Shown here one piece after another: positions 34,106 to 43,065 of a DNA stretch of 48,536 bases. Origin of the DNA: an uncultured archaeon (GTDB lineage Archaea; Iainarchaeota; Iainarchaeia; Iainarchaeales; 1-14-0-10-31-34); assembly GCA_964442255.1 (NCBI GenBank), contig CAYTYC010000010.1, positions 1-48,536 on the forward strand. The letters are read 5' to 3'. A program made the position numbers and the translations under genes. The notes beneath the pieces are model-generated. The model did not search any database. It saw nothing but the letters and a program-made list of their open reading frames with translations, and was not told where the DNA came from. Positions within the stretch are counted from its first letter, which is position 1; each line of letters opens with the position of its first letter.

Positions 34106-34255
34106 TCAATCCTGCTTTTTGTGGTTATTCTGGGCCCATCCCTTCATCAAACTATTAAGCTTTGTTGATACTTTAATATCCATTTTTTCACAGAGCTTCT
34201 TGAATTCTTCAAGGGTTTCCGCATCAACAGTGATTGTTATTGGAACTTTCCCCAC
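34106..34255 (-). CDS. Ribbon-helix-helix (CopG/Arc-like) regulator (49 aa)
   Basis: Hand translation MGKVPITITVDAETLEEFKKLCEKMDIKVSTKLNSLMKGWAQNNHKKQD; AGGTGG SD; co-oriented with the MTase. Confidence 0.75.
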   Translation of the reverse strand: MGKVPITITVDAETLEEFKKLCEKMDIKVSTKLNSLMKGWAQNNHKKQD

Positions 34256-34336
34256 AAAACCACCTAAAAATATTTACTTCTATGTATTTATATTTATTTT
34301 GTTGGTGTTATAAGTTTTTCACTGCCGATTTTTTGC

Positions 34337-34810
34337 ATGAAACATATTTTATACACTACTAACGAAGGAGCCCAAATTTTTTGCCTCCCTGGAAAAAAGA
34401 AACAATCCAAATACGATTTTATTGTCAAATACCAAGAACCAAGCAAAAGGGAGAGAACCCCAAAACATATTCACCTGATTGTCGAAATGTATGTAAAGTA
34501 TGCGCACAACCCGCAATTAGCCATGAAACTAAGGGACTATTTTTTATCTATTTTTGATTCAATTAAGCCAGTTACTGCATATCCCCCAAAATTGCAAATT
34601 TTTGATAAACGCAAGATAAAGGGATTTGAAGATTTAAATAAGGTCGGAGAATTCTCAGCAGAATTTTTAATGGTTGCAACAGAACTCATACTAATTCAAG
34701 AAAAAACCAATTACCCCCAAGGCTCTCTGACAAGGAAACTCTATGCAGACTTCGGGGTTAAAGACAGATTTGCAGTAATAAGCCAAGCAACGCAGACAAG
34801 GTTTGGATAA
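34337..34810 (+). CDS. Hypothetical protein divergent from the MTase operon (candidate restriction component)
   Basis: 157-aa ORF with DFIVKY, RTPKHIH and ELILIQEKTNYP segments; no motif I can assign. Confidence 0.7.
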   Translation: MKHILYTTNEGAQIFCLPGKKKQSKYDFIVKYQEPSKRERTPKHIHLIVEMYVKYAHNPQLAMKLRDYFLSIFDSIKPVTAYPPKLQIFDKRKIKGFEDLNKVGEFSAEFLMVATELILIQEKTNYPQGSLTRKLYADFGVKDRFAVISQATQTRFG

Positions 34811-35014
34811 TTTTGCCAGTTTTTCCTTTCATTCATTTCTTTTCTTATGTTCTTCACATTTTTCATGATATCCGACTTTTCTTTTTCATTTAAACTGCGG
34901 CGGCTGAAGCCCGCCGGGTTTTTGCTCCCGTAAACAGCCTGCGAAAACCCCGATTCATCCGCCCATTGAAACAGGCGGGGTTCCCGGAAAGGGTTTCCAA
35001 TATTCTATGGCATC

Positions 35015-35114
35015 NNNNNNNNNNNNNNNNNNNNNNNNNNNNNNNNNNNNNNNNNNNNNNNNNNNNNNNNNNNNNNNNNNNNNNNNNNNNNNNNNNNNNN
35101 NNNNNNNNNNNNNN
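35015..35114. other. Scaffold gap (100 N) with identical 35-bp flanks
   Basis: 34980-35014 equals 35115-35149. Confidence 0.95.
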
Positions 35115-35215
35115 GTTCCCGGAAAGGGTTTCCAATATTCTATGGCATCCGCCATAGCCAGCGGAGCATTACCTGGAAGCTCTATCTTAAAAAAAAACTC
35201 CTGCAACGGAGAGAC

Positions 35216-36274
35216 TTAATCCATGTAGCCTGTCCTTATGCAGTTGTCGCAAACGGTTTTACCTGAAGGTTTTCTGCTTGCGACAGCCTTTCTTGCGGCA
35301 ACGTATTTTTCGTTGTTCCAGATTCTTTTGAATCCCCCTTTGAAGGCGTTGCCGAAGTCCTCTTTTTCAAAGTAGACGCCGCAGCACGGGCTGACCGAGC
35401 CGTTTGCGTTCACAACAGAAACAAGCCAAAGGTAATAGCAGTATTTCCGCAAAAGCTTTCTGCGCTTTTCGGAGTAATCATAGCGGCTCAGCTTTTCATC
35501 CGAGGGAAGCCAGAAAGCGGTTTCCTCAATCCTTTTCCTGTCCTCCTCGTAGATTTCCTTTGCGAGGTCCCCGCGCACACAGCCCACAACAACCCTGTCA
35601 ACGCCGAGCTCTTTCCTTTTTTCCTCAAGGAGCGGAATTTCCTTTTCGTTGTGCTTCATTGCAAGGAACTGCCAGACAATCGCAGGGGTTTTGGAGCCCA
35701 GCCTTTTTCTTGCGCCGGAAACCAGCCTGAAGTTTTTGAACACCGTGTCAATTCTGCCTTTCTTCCTGTATTTTTCGTATACCTCCTGCGTGATTCCATC
35801 GGCGGAAACATACAATTGGTCAAGGCCGCTTTTCACGAGCGCTTCGGCCTGTTTTTCGTTCAGGGGAACGTTTAGGTTGGAGTTCACGCTTGTGCGGATC
35901 CTTTTTTTGTGCGCATAGTTTATTATTTCAATGAGTTCCCTGTTCAGGAATGGCTCGCCCCAGTTGTTTAAGTCTATTTCATAAAGAAAGGGGTGCATTT
36001 CGCCAACAATTCTTTTAAATTCGCGGAGAGGCATCGTGGTCTGCGTTCTTCCCTTTTTTCTCTGCCCAATGGGGCAAAGCGGGCATTGCAGGATGCAGAC
36101 GCTGCTCGGGTCAACGGTGAGCTTCAGGGGATAGCCAAAGACACGGGGGTTGTGCAGGACAAACGCCTGAAAGAAAATTGCCAGCGCGTTGAAGAATTTG
36201 GTGAAACCGAAGTATTTGGTGAAAATGAAGCGGTTAATTGAGCGCCTGAACTGGAAAAAATAATAGGAAAGCAT
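35216..36274 (-). CDS. Radical SAM protein with SPASM/twitch domain
   Basis: CILQCPLC, NWGEPFLN, SADG, CYYLW..GSVSPCC..CDNC. Start uncertain (ORF open to 36361). Confidence 0.92.
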   Translation of the reverse strand: MLSYYFFQFRRSINRFIFTKYFGFTKFFNALAIFFQAFVLHNPRVFGYPLKLTVDPSSVCILQCPLCPIGQRKKGRTQTTMPLREFKRIVGEMHPFLYEIDLNNWGEPFLNRELIEIINYAHKKRIRTSVNSNLNVPLNEKQAEALVKSGLDQLYVSADGITQEVYEKYRKKGRIDTVFKNFRLVSGARKRLGSKTPAIVWQFLAMKHNEKEIPLLEEKRKELGVDRVVVGCVRGDLAKEIYEEDRKRIEETAFWLPSDEKLSRYDYSEKRRKLLRKYCYYLWLVSVVNANGSVSPCCGVYFEKEDFGNAFKGGFKRIWNNEKYVAARKAVASRKPSGKTVCDNCIRTGYMD

Positions 36275-36409
36275 GGAAGAAAACCGTTTGCCCTTGGAAT
36301 AATCTTTGGGTTGTGTCAATATTTTAAAGCAATGCCCCTCTTTAACAGCTTTTTGGTACAAAAGTGAAACAAGAAGGAATAAAATAGTGTTGCGGGTTTT
36401 CTTTTTTTA

Positions 36410-37573
36410 ATGAAAATTTTTTTCATAACCCACACCTATTCGCTTAAGAGCGGGGGAGGAAGCGAGGTGTTTGTGTCCGCATACTTAAGGGAACTCCGGA
36501 AACGCGGGCACGAGGTCGCGGTTTTCGCGCCCGGAAGCGCCAGGTACCCGGAGGAAGAAAAAAGGCTGGGAATAAAGGCGTTTTATGCGCCTGTGTTCGG
36601 GCACCACGCGCTCCACAAATTCCAGTACACGCTTTTTTCGCTTAAGGCCGCGTTTCACGCCAGAAAATTCCGGCCGGACGTGGTTCACGCGCAGAACGAC
36701 GCCTTTCCCGGAATCATCGGGTGCGCCGTGAAAAAGCTTGCGGGAAGGCCGCTGGTGCTCGGACTGGAGGGGTTAAGCGAAAAGACCGCAAGCCTGAACT
36801 CAAAAGCCGTTTTTCTTGTGAACCGGCTTTTTCTGCCTTTGGTTTGCTTTGACAGGATTGTTTCCTGGAGCGAGTTCGTTAAGGAAAGGTTTCTGCTCAA
36901 ATGGGGGATTCCTGAAAAAAAAATAGCCGTGGTTCCCGGGGGAATTGACACGGAAAGGTTCAAGAACGCGAATCCGGAAAGGTTCAGGAAAAAGTTCGGA
37001 AAAAATTTTTTTGTTTCAGTTAAGCCATTGAACCAGACGAATTCAAAGGCGCTTTCATTTGTGGTTAAGGCAATGGAAACCGCAGTGAAAAGGCATCCGG
37101 AGTACAGGTATGTTATCGCCGGGGGCGGGAAAGGAAAAAAGGGGCTGGAGGCGCTGGTTAAAAAACTGGGGCTGGAAAAAAACGTTTTGTTTGCGGGATG
37201 GGTTGACGCGGAAGAATTGCCGGAATTTTATGCGGCAGCGGATTTCGCGGTTCATTCATTTATTTTCAGGGCATCAACAAGCGTTTCACTCATTGAAAGC
37301 ATGGCAGCGGGAAAGGCGGTCGTGGCAACGGAAAGCGGGGAAGTGAAGAACGCGTTAAAGGGCTCCGGGCTTTTGGTTGAGGCGGAAAACCCCGAAAGCA
37401 TTGCCCGGGGACTGGTGAAGCTGATGGAAAGCCCTTCGCTTAGAAAGAAACTGGGGGAAAAGGCGAAAAAAGTTGCGGAAAAAAATTACTCCATTCAGGC
37501 GGTTGCGGAAAGTTTTGAAGAAATTTACCGGGGGCTTGCGGAAAAAGGAAAAAAACGCAAAGAATGCCTTTAA
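36410..37573 (+). CDS. GT4 glycosyltransferase
   Basis: GGGSE, PGGIDTERF and LIESMAAGKAVVAT. Confidence 0.9.
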   Translation: MKIFFITHTYSLKSGGGSEVFVSAYLRELRKRGHEVAVFAPGSARYPEEEKRLGIKAFYAPVFGHHALHKFQYTLFSLKAAFHARKFRPDVVHAQNDAFPGIIGCAVKKLAGRPLVLGLEGLSEKTASLNSKAVFLVNRLFLPLVCFDRIVSWSEFVKERFLLKWGIPEKKIAVVPGGIDTERFKNANPERFRKKFGKNFFVSVKPLNQTNSKALSFVVKAMETAVKRHPEYRYVIAGGGKGKKGLEALVKKLGLEKNVLFAGWVDAEELPEFYAAADFAVHSFIFRASTSVSLIESMAAGKAVVATESGEVKNALKGSGLLVEAENPESIARGLVKLMESPSLRKKLGEKAKKVAEKNYSIQAVAESFEEIYRGLAEKGKKRKECL

Positions 37574-37600
37574 AATGTTTTTCAGAATTAATTGGTGACT

Positions 37601-38608
37601 ATGGCTGGAAAGGCGGTTGTGACGGGCGGAGCAGGGTTCATGGGCAGCCATGTGGCTGAACAGCTCCTCAAAAAAGGGTTTGAGGTGACTGTTATGGACA
37701 ACCTTGCCGGCGGATTTGAGGAAAACGTTCCGGAAGGCGCGGAATTCGTTAAAGGCGATTTAAGGGACAGGAAGGAATGCGCAAAGGCGGTTGAGGGGGC
37801 GGAAATAGTTTTCCACCTTGCGGCGCACGCCGCGGAAATCCAGTCCATTTTTACCCCGATTTACAACACTGACGCAAACAACATGGCGTTCATGAATCTG
37901 GCGGTTGAAAGCATTAACCGCGGAGTAAAGACAATTGTTTACACCTCCACGATGGCCGTGTACGGGGAACAGGAAAAAATGCCTTACACTGAAAAACAGC
38001 TTCCCGAACCAGAGGACATTTACGGAATAAACAAGTACGCGATTGAAAAGTATTTGCAGGTATTCCATGAAGTTTACGGGTTGGAGTACGCGGTTATAAG
38101 GCCGCACAATGTTTACGGCCCGAGGCAGAACATGAGCGACCCATACCGAAATGTTTTGGCCATTTGGTGCAACCGCATACTCAAAGGAAAGCCCCCAATA
38201 GTTTACGGAAACGGAAACCAGAGGAGAAGCTTCACCTACATTGAGGACTGCGCGCCCTGGATTATTGAGGCGGGGCTGAACAAAAAATGCTTCGGGGAAG
38301 CGTTCAACATTGGCTCGGAGGAGCCTGTCACCTTGAACAGGGCGGCTGAAACGGTTTTGAAGGCAATGGGAAAAGAGGCGCTTGGAGTTGAGCACGCGGA
38401 GGCAAGGCCGCAGGAGGTAAGCGAGGCGTTCAGCTCAAGCGAAAAGGCAAGGAAAATAATGGGATACGAAAGCAGGTTTCCGCTGGAAAAAGGGGTTAAG
38501 CTGATGGCGGACTGGGCGAAAGAAAAAGGGCCCGTGGAGCCGGCTTACTGGGAAAAAATGGAGATAAGCAAAAACGTTTTTGACACGTGGGCAAACAAGA
38601 AAATTTAG
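37601..38608 (+). CDS. NAD-dependent epimerase/dehydratase
   Basis: TGGAGFMGS, YGINK, RPHNVYGP and RSFTYIED. Confidence 0.92.
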   Translation: MAGKAVVTGGAGFMGSHVAEQLLKKGFEVTVMDNLAGGFEENVPEGAEFVKGDLRDRKECAKAVEGAEIVFHLAAHAAEIQSIFTPIYNTDANNMAFMNLAVESINRGVKTIVYTSTMAVYGEQEKMPYTEKQLPEPEDIYGINKYAIEKYLQVFHEVYGLEYAVIRPHNVYGPRQNMSDPYRNVLAIWCNRILKGKPPIVYGNGNQRRSFTYIEDCAPWIIEAGLNKKCFGEAFNIGSEEPVTLNRAAETVLKAMGKEALGVEHAEARPQEVSEAFSSSEKARKIMGYESRFPLEKGVKLMADWAKEKGPVEPAYWEKMEISKNVFDTWANKKI

Positions 38609-38671
38609 CCCAAAAAAAAATTACGGAAAAAAAAAAACAGTTCAGGAAAAAAAAATTCTTGTGGTTTTTTT

Positions 38672-39556
38672 ATGGCGCAGCCGAAAGCAAGCATTGTAAT
38701 CGCCTCATACAACAGCGCCCCGACGCTGAAGAAAACACTGAAAGGAATGCTTGCGCTGGATTATCCCCCGGGATTTGAGGTTCTGGTTGTAGACGACGGA
38801 AGCACGGACGGAACAAAGGAAATGCTGGAAAAAGGGTTCGGGAAAGAAAAAAAAATCCGCGTCTTCCACAATCCGCATGGAGGGGTCTGCAAAGCCAGGA
38901 ATACGGGAATTAAGAACGCGGCCAACCCGATCATTGTGATAATGGACCACGACTGCATTCCGGAGAAAGGCTGGCTCAGGGGCCTGGTGAAAGGGTTTGA
39001 TTCGGAAAAGGTTGGCGTGGTAAGCAGCTTTGATTCCTTCGGGGGAGGCACCTCCACCGCATTCAGGAAAAGCGTTTTGGGCCGGCTCGGCGGATTTGAT
39101 GAACGGTTTTACTATTACCGCGAGGACACGGATTTGGTGTTCAGGGTGATTGAAGCGGGGTATGGGGTTAAAAGGGTTAAGGCAAAATTTTTCCACGACC
39201 ACAAAATGGTTAAGCCCTCGGGATTCCTGAACCTGCTGAAGCACGCGTGGCAGAGAATACTTTACCACAAAAACGACGTATTGCTTTACAAAAAGCACCC
39301 AAAGCTGGGAAAAGAGTTTTTGGGGGTGAAATTCGGGTTCATTGTAAGCCCGGCAAAGGATTTCGGGGTTGCGACAAACCGCTGGGCCGGGCCGGGAAAA
39401 AAATTTGCGTTAAGCTCTCCCAGGGGAATTACGTACATTGAAAACAAGGGGCTTGCGCACTCGCTGGCAATATTCTTAACAGGGGTTGCGTACATGGCTT
39501 CACTAAAGGTTGTGAGGCTTTACGGAAGCGTTAAGTTCGGAAAACTGTTGGTTTAG
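38672..39556 (+). CDS. GT2 glycosyltransferase
   Basis: SIVIASYN, VVDDGSTD, ARNTG, DHD and GGFDERF..EDTDL. Confidence 0.92.
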   Translation: MAQPKASIVIASYNSAPTLKKTLKGMLALDYPPGFEVLVVDDGSTDGTKEMLEKGFGKEKKIRVFHNPHGGVCKARNTGIKNAANPIIVIMDHDCIPEKGWLRGLVKGFDSEKVGVVSSFDSFGGGTSTAFRKSVLGRLGGFDERFYYYREDTDLVFRVIEAGYGVKRVKAKFFHDHKMVKPSGFLNLLKHAWQRILYHKNDVLLYKKHPKLGKEFLGVKFGFIVSPAKDFGVATNRWAGPGKKFALSSPRGITYIENKGLAHSLAIFLTGVAYMASLKVVRLYGSVKFGKLLV

Positions 39557-39566
39557 GTGAAAAAAA

Positions 39567-40496
39567 GTGAAAGGGCCCTGGAAAGGAAAAAATGTTCTCG
39601 TGACAGGCGCCGGGGGCTTTATTGGGGGAAGGCTAAGCGAAAAGCTGAAGGAAAAGGGCGCAAATGTTGTGGGGCTTGAAAAAAAGAACGCAAAAGGTAA
39701 GGGAATCAAATGGGTTAAGGCGGACATAGTGAAGGCGGAGGAAATCAGGGAAGCGCTTGAAGGAAAAGAAATCGGCTGCTGTTTTCATCTCGCCGCGCAG
39801 GCGAACGTCGGGGAGGCTGGGGAAGACCCCTCAAAGGCGTTTGAAGTGAACGTAACCGGCACGGTAAATGTTTTGGAGGCAATGCTTGAAAAAAAGGCGG
39901 AAGGGGTTGTGATGGCGTCAAGCGGAAAAGTTTACGGGGAAAAAAGCGGGAAAATCTTCAGGGAAAACTCCGAACTCAACCCCTCCACTGCATACGGTGC
40001 AAGCAAGGCGGCGGCCGACGAAATAGGAAGGAATTACTCGCGCTTTTACCCGCTGGCGGTTGCGGTGGTGAGAAGCGCAAACGTTTTCGGCCCCGGGGAC
40101 AAGAATTACTCGAGGTTTGTTCCGAACATAATTTCAAGGGCAAGCAAAGGAAAGGGGCCAAGGCTTGCGGGAAACGGGAAACAGGAAAAGGATTTTGTTT
40201 TCATTGACGACGTGGCGGAGGCATACATTTTGTTAATGGAAAACATTTCAGGCGAAAAGGCAAGGGGGCAGGCATTCAATGTTGCCTCCGGAAAGCCCGT
40301 GAGCCTGAACGAAATTGGGGAAAAAATCCTTTCAATCATGGAAAAAAACCTGACGCCCGAGTACGGGGAAGGCGGAACCGAAGGCGGGCAAAAGTTCTGC
40401 ATTGAAAAAATCCGGAAAGCCGTTGGATGGAAGCCCCGATACAGCCTTGAAGAGGGGCTGAAGAAAACAATTGAATGGTATTCCCGTAATTCCTGA
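39567..40496 (+). CDS. NAD-dependent NDP-sugar epimerase/4,6-dehydratase
   Basis: TGAGGFIG, HLAAQA, YGASK and NVFGPGD. Confidence 0.9.
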   Translation: MKGPWKGKNVLVTGAGGFIGGRLSEKLKEKGANVVGLEKKNAKGKGIKWVKADIVKAEEIREALEGKEIGCCFHLAAQANVGEAGEDPSKAFEVNVTGTVNVLEAMLEKKAEGVVMASSGKVYGEKSGKIFRENSELNPSTAYGASKAAADEIGRNYSRFYPLAVAVVRSANVFGPGDKNYSRFVPNIISRASKGKGPRLAGNGKQEKDFVFIDDVAEAYILLMENISGEKARGQAFNVASGKPVSLNEIGEKILSIMEKNLTPEYGEGGTEGGQKFCIEKIRKAVGWKPRYSLEEGLKKTIEWYSRNS

Positions 40497-40601
40497 AGCG
40501 CATTGTTTGGCTTTTGTACCAAAAGGGATTAAAAAAAACCCTCCGTTTCCATTAATATGTTTATTAATACTTGTTTGGACTAAAGTTTCTGGGGAAATTA
40601 A

Positions 40602-41558
40602 ATGAAATTGCTTGTTACAGGCGGCTGCGGATTCATTGGATGCAATTTCATTAAAATGCTTCTCGCGGAAGGAAAGCACGAAGTAGTGAATCTGGACAAG
40701 CTGACTTACGCGGGAAGAAAAGAGAATCTTGCGGAAGCCGAGGGAAACAAAAACTATTCCTTTGTGAAAGGGGACATCTGCAGCAAAGAAGACGCGCTAA
40801 AGGCAATGGAAGGCGCGGAGGGAGTGGTTAACTTTGCGGCGGAAAGCCACGTTGACCGCTCAATCGCGGGCTCGGACGAATTCATTCGCACAAACATTTT
40901 CGGGGTTCACAACCTCCTGGAATGCGCAAGGGAAACCGGGGTTAAAAGGTTTCTTCAGGTCGGCACAGATGAAGTGTACGGGAGTGTGGAAAAAGGGGAA
41001 AGCACGGAAGAATCGCTGCTGAAGCCAAGGAACCCTTATTCGGCGAGCAAGGCCGCAGCGGATTTGCTTGCTCAAAGCTATTGCTTTACGCACGGAATGG
41101 ACGTTGTTGTAACGAGGAGCTCCAACAATTTCGGGCCAAACCAGTTTCCGGAGAAAGTGGTTCCGCTTTTCATCACAAACATTTTGCGGGAAAAAAAGGT
41201 GCCGTTGTACGGGGACGGGCTGAATGAAAGGGACTGGCTTTATGTGGGGGACAACTGCAATGGAATAATGAAGGTTTTGGAGAAGGGAAGGAAAGGGGAA
41301 ATCTACAACATTGGCGCAGGAAATTTGGTGAAGAATGCGGAGCTGACGAAAAAAATACTGGGGTTGTCGGGTAAAGGCGAGGAAATGATTGAGTATGTGG
41401 AGGACAGGCCCGGGCACGACAGGAGATACAGCATGAGCTCAAAAAAAATAAGTGAAGAGCTTGGATGGAGTCCGGAGAAAGGCTTTGGGGAAGGGTTAAA
41501 GGAAACGGTTGAATGGTACACGGAAAACAGGGAATGGTGGCAGGCATTAGTGAAATGA
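40602..41558 (+). CDS. rfbB: dTDP-glucose 4,6-dehydratase
   Basis: TGGCGFIG, DKLTYAG, AAESHVDRS, TDEVYG, PYSASKA and DRPGHDRRY. Confidence 0.95.
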   Translation: MKLLVTGGCGFIGCNFIKMLLAEGKHEVVNLDKLTYAGRKENLAEAEGNKNYSFVKGDICSKEDALKAMEGAEGVVNFAAESHVDRSIAGSDEFIRTNIFGVHNLLECARETGVKRFLQVGTDEVYGSVEKGESTEESLLKPRNPYSASKAAADLLAQSYCFTHGMDVVVTRSSNNFGPNQFPEKVVPLFITNILREKKVPLYGDGLNERDWLYVGDNCNGIMKVLEKGRKGEIYNIGAGNLVKNAELTKKILGLSGKGEEMIEYVEDRPGHDRRYSMSSKKISEELGWSPEKGFGEGLKETVEWYTENREWWQALVK

Positions 41559-42328
41559 AGGAAATTTTCGGGGTGGCGAAAAAGGCCGCGCTTGAAGCGG
41601 GAAAGATTATAGGCGAAGGCGCGGAAAAAGGCTTCAGGGTGATGCGGAAAAGCGAACTCGAGCTTGTAACGGAAATGGATTTGGCCACGGAAAAAAAAGT
41701 GGTTGAAATAGTGAAGGAAAGTTTTCCGGAGCATTCAATTGTAGCGGAAGAGTCCGGGGAAAGCCGGGGAAAAGGGCCGGTTTGGGTCATTGACCCGATT
41801 GACGGAACCCACAATTTTATCAGGGGGGTGCCGTTTTACTCCGTCGCAATTGCGGTGAGGGAAAAATGGGAAACAAAAATAGGGGTTGTTTACGACGCAT
41901 TCCACAAAGACTTGTTCACCGCAGTCAGGGGAAAAGGCGCGGAAATGAACGGAAAAAAAATAAGGGTTTCAAAGGTGAAAGATTTTGAGGAAGCGTTTTT
42001 TGCAACAGGCTTCAGTTACAACACGGACGAAGACTTTCACAGGGACTTGGAAGCAATTTTCAGGGTGGCAAACAGGGCAAAAGGGCTGAGGAGGCTGGGG
42101 TGCGCGTCCCTGGACTTCTGTTACCTTGCGGCCGGAAAATTTGACTGCTTTTGGGAGCACGGATTAAAGGAATGGGACATTGCCGCGGGCGCGCTAATGG
42201 TTGAGGAGGCAGGGGGAAAGGTGACAAACCTTGAGGGAAAAAAATGGGTGAAAAGCGTTAATGTTGCGGCATCCAACGGCCTGCTTCACGCGGAAATGCT
42301 TAAGAGGCTCGGGGAAGTGAAAAAGTGA
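41555..42328 (+). CDS. suhB: Inositol monophosphatase family protein
   Basis: AEES, WVIDPIDGTHNF and WDIAAGALMVEEAGG. Confidence 0.9.
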   Translation: MKEIFGVAKKAALEAGKIIGEGAEKGFRVMRKSELELVTEMDLATEKKVVEIVKESFPEHSIVAEESGESRGKGPVWVIDPIDGTHNFIRGVPFYSVAIAVREKWETKIGVVYDAFHKDLFTAVRGKGAEMNGKKIRVSKVKDFEEAFFATGFSYNTDEDFHRDLEAIFRVANRAKGLRRLGCASLDFCYLAAGKFDCFWEHGLKEWDIAAGALMVEEAGGKVTNLEGKKWVKSVNVAASNGLLHAEMLKRLGEVKK

Positions 42329-43065
42329 AGGGAATAATCCTTGCGGGGGGAACCGGCTCAAGGCTTTTTCCTTTGACAAAAGCATGCAACAAGCACCTGC
42401 TTCCCGTCTACAGCAAGCCAATGATTTACTATCCGGTTGAGGCGCTTAAAAGCGCCGGCATAAAGGACATAATGGTTGTCACCGGAACCTACCATGCAGG
42501 GGACATTTTTTCCTTGCTTGGAAGCGGAAAAGATTTCGGCGCAAGGTTCACTTACCGGGTTCAGGACGAGGCCGGGGGAATTCCTTCGGCAATCGCCCTG
42601 GCGGAAGGCTTTGTGGGAAAAGACAAATTCATTTCAATCAACGGCGACAACATAATCTTTGAGTCCCTGAAAGGGTTTGCGGAAGAATTCCGGAAAGGCA
42701 GGGAAGAGGCAAGAATAATGCTTTACGGGGGAACAAAAGAAGAGGCAAAAAAAAGCGGGGTCGCGGTAATGGACGGGGACAAGGTGAAAGAGCTGGTGGA
42801 AAAGCCAGCGGAACCGCCTTCAACCCTGATTTCGGTGGGAATCTACATGTACACCCCGGGGGTGTTTGAAATAATCCGCAAATTAAAGCCAAGCAGGCGC
42901 GGTGAAACGGAGATAACGGAAGTGAACGGGGAATACCTCAAACGGGGGACTTTAAAGGCGAGCAGGCTGAAAGGAAAGTGGCTGGATGCAGGCGATTTTG
43001 AGGACTTGCTGCACGCGAACATTGAAACAAAAAAATTGAATGACAAAGGGGAATTCAGGTTATGA
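42325..43065 (+). CDS. rfbA: Glucose-1-phosphate thymidylyltransferase (short form)
   Basis: GIILAGGTGSRLFPLT..KHLLPVYSKPMIYYP, SRRGETEITE and WLDAG. Confidence 0.9.
   Translation: MKGIILAGGTGSRLFPLTKACNKHLLPVYSKPMIYYPVEALKSAGIKDIMVVTGTYHAGDIFSLLGSGKDFGARFTYRVQDEAGGIPSAIALAEGFVGKDKFISINGDNIIFESLKGFAEEFRKGREEARIMLYGGTKEEAKKSGVAVMDGDKVKELVEKPAEPPSTLISVGIYMYTPGVFEIIRKLKPSRRGETEITEVNGEYLKRGTLKASRLKGKWLDAGDFEDLLHANIETKKLNDKGEFRL

Noticed and set aside
34811..34893. Minus-strand peptide LNEKEKSDIMKNVKNIRKEMNERK as a VapB-like remnant
   Set aside because: Too short, with no start codon; cannot be supported without a search.
34980..35149. 35-bp direct repeat flanking the N-run
   Set aside because: Both copies abut a round 100-N scaffold gap, typical of overlapping contig ends. 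Treated as an assembly artefact, not a fifth cassette.
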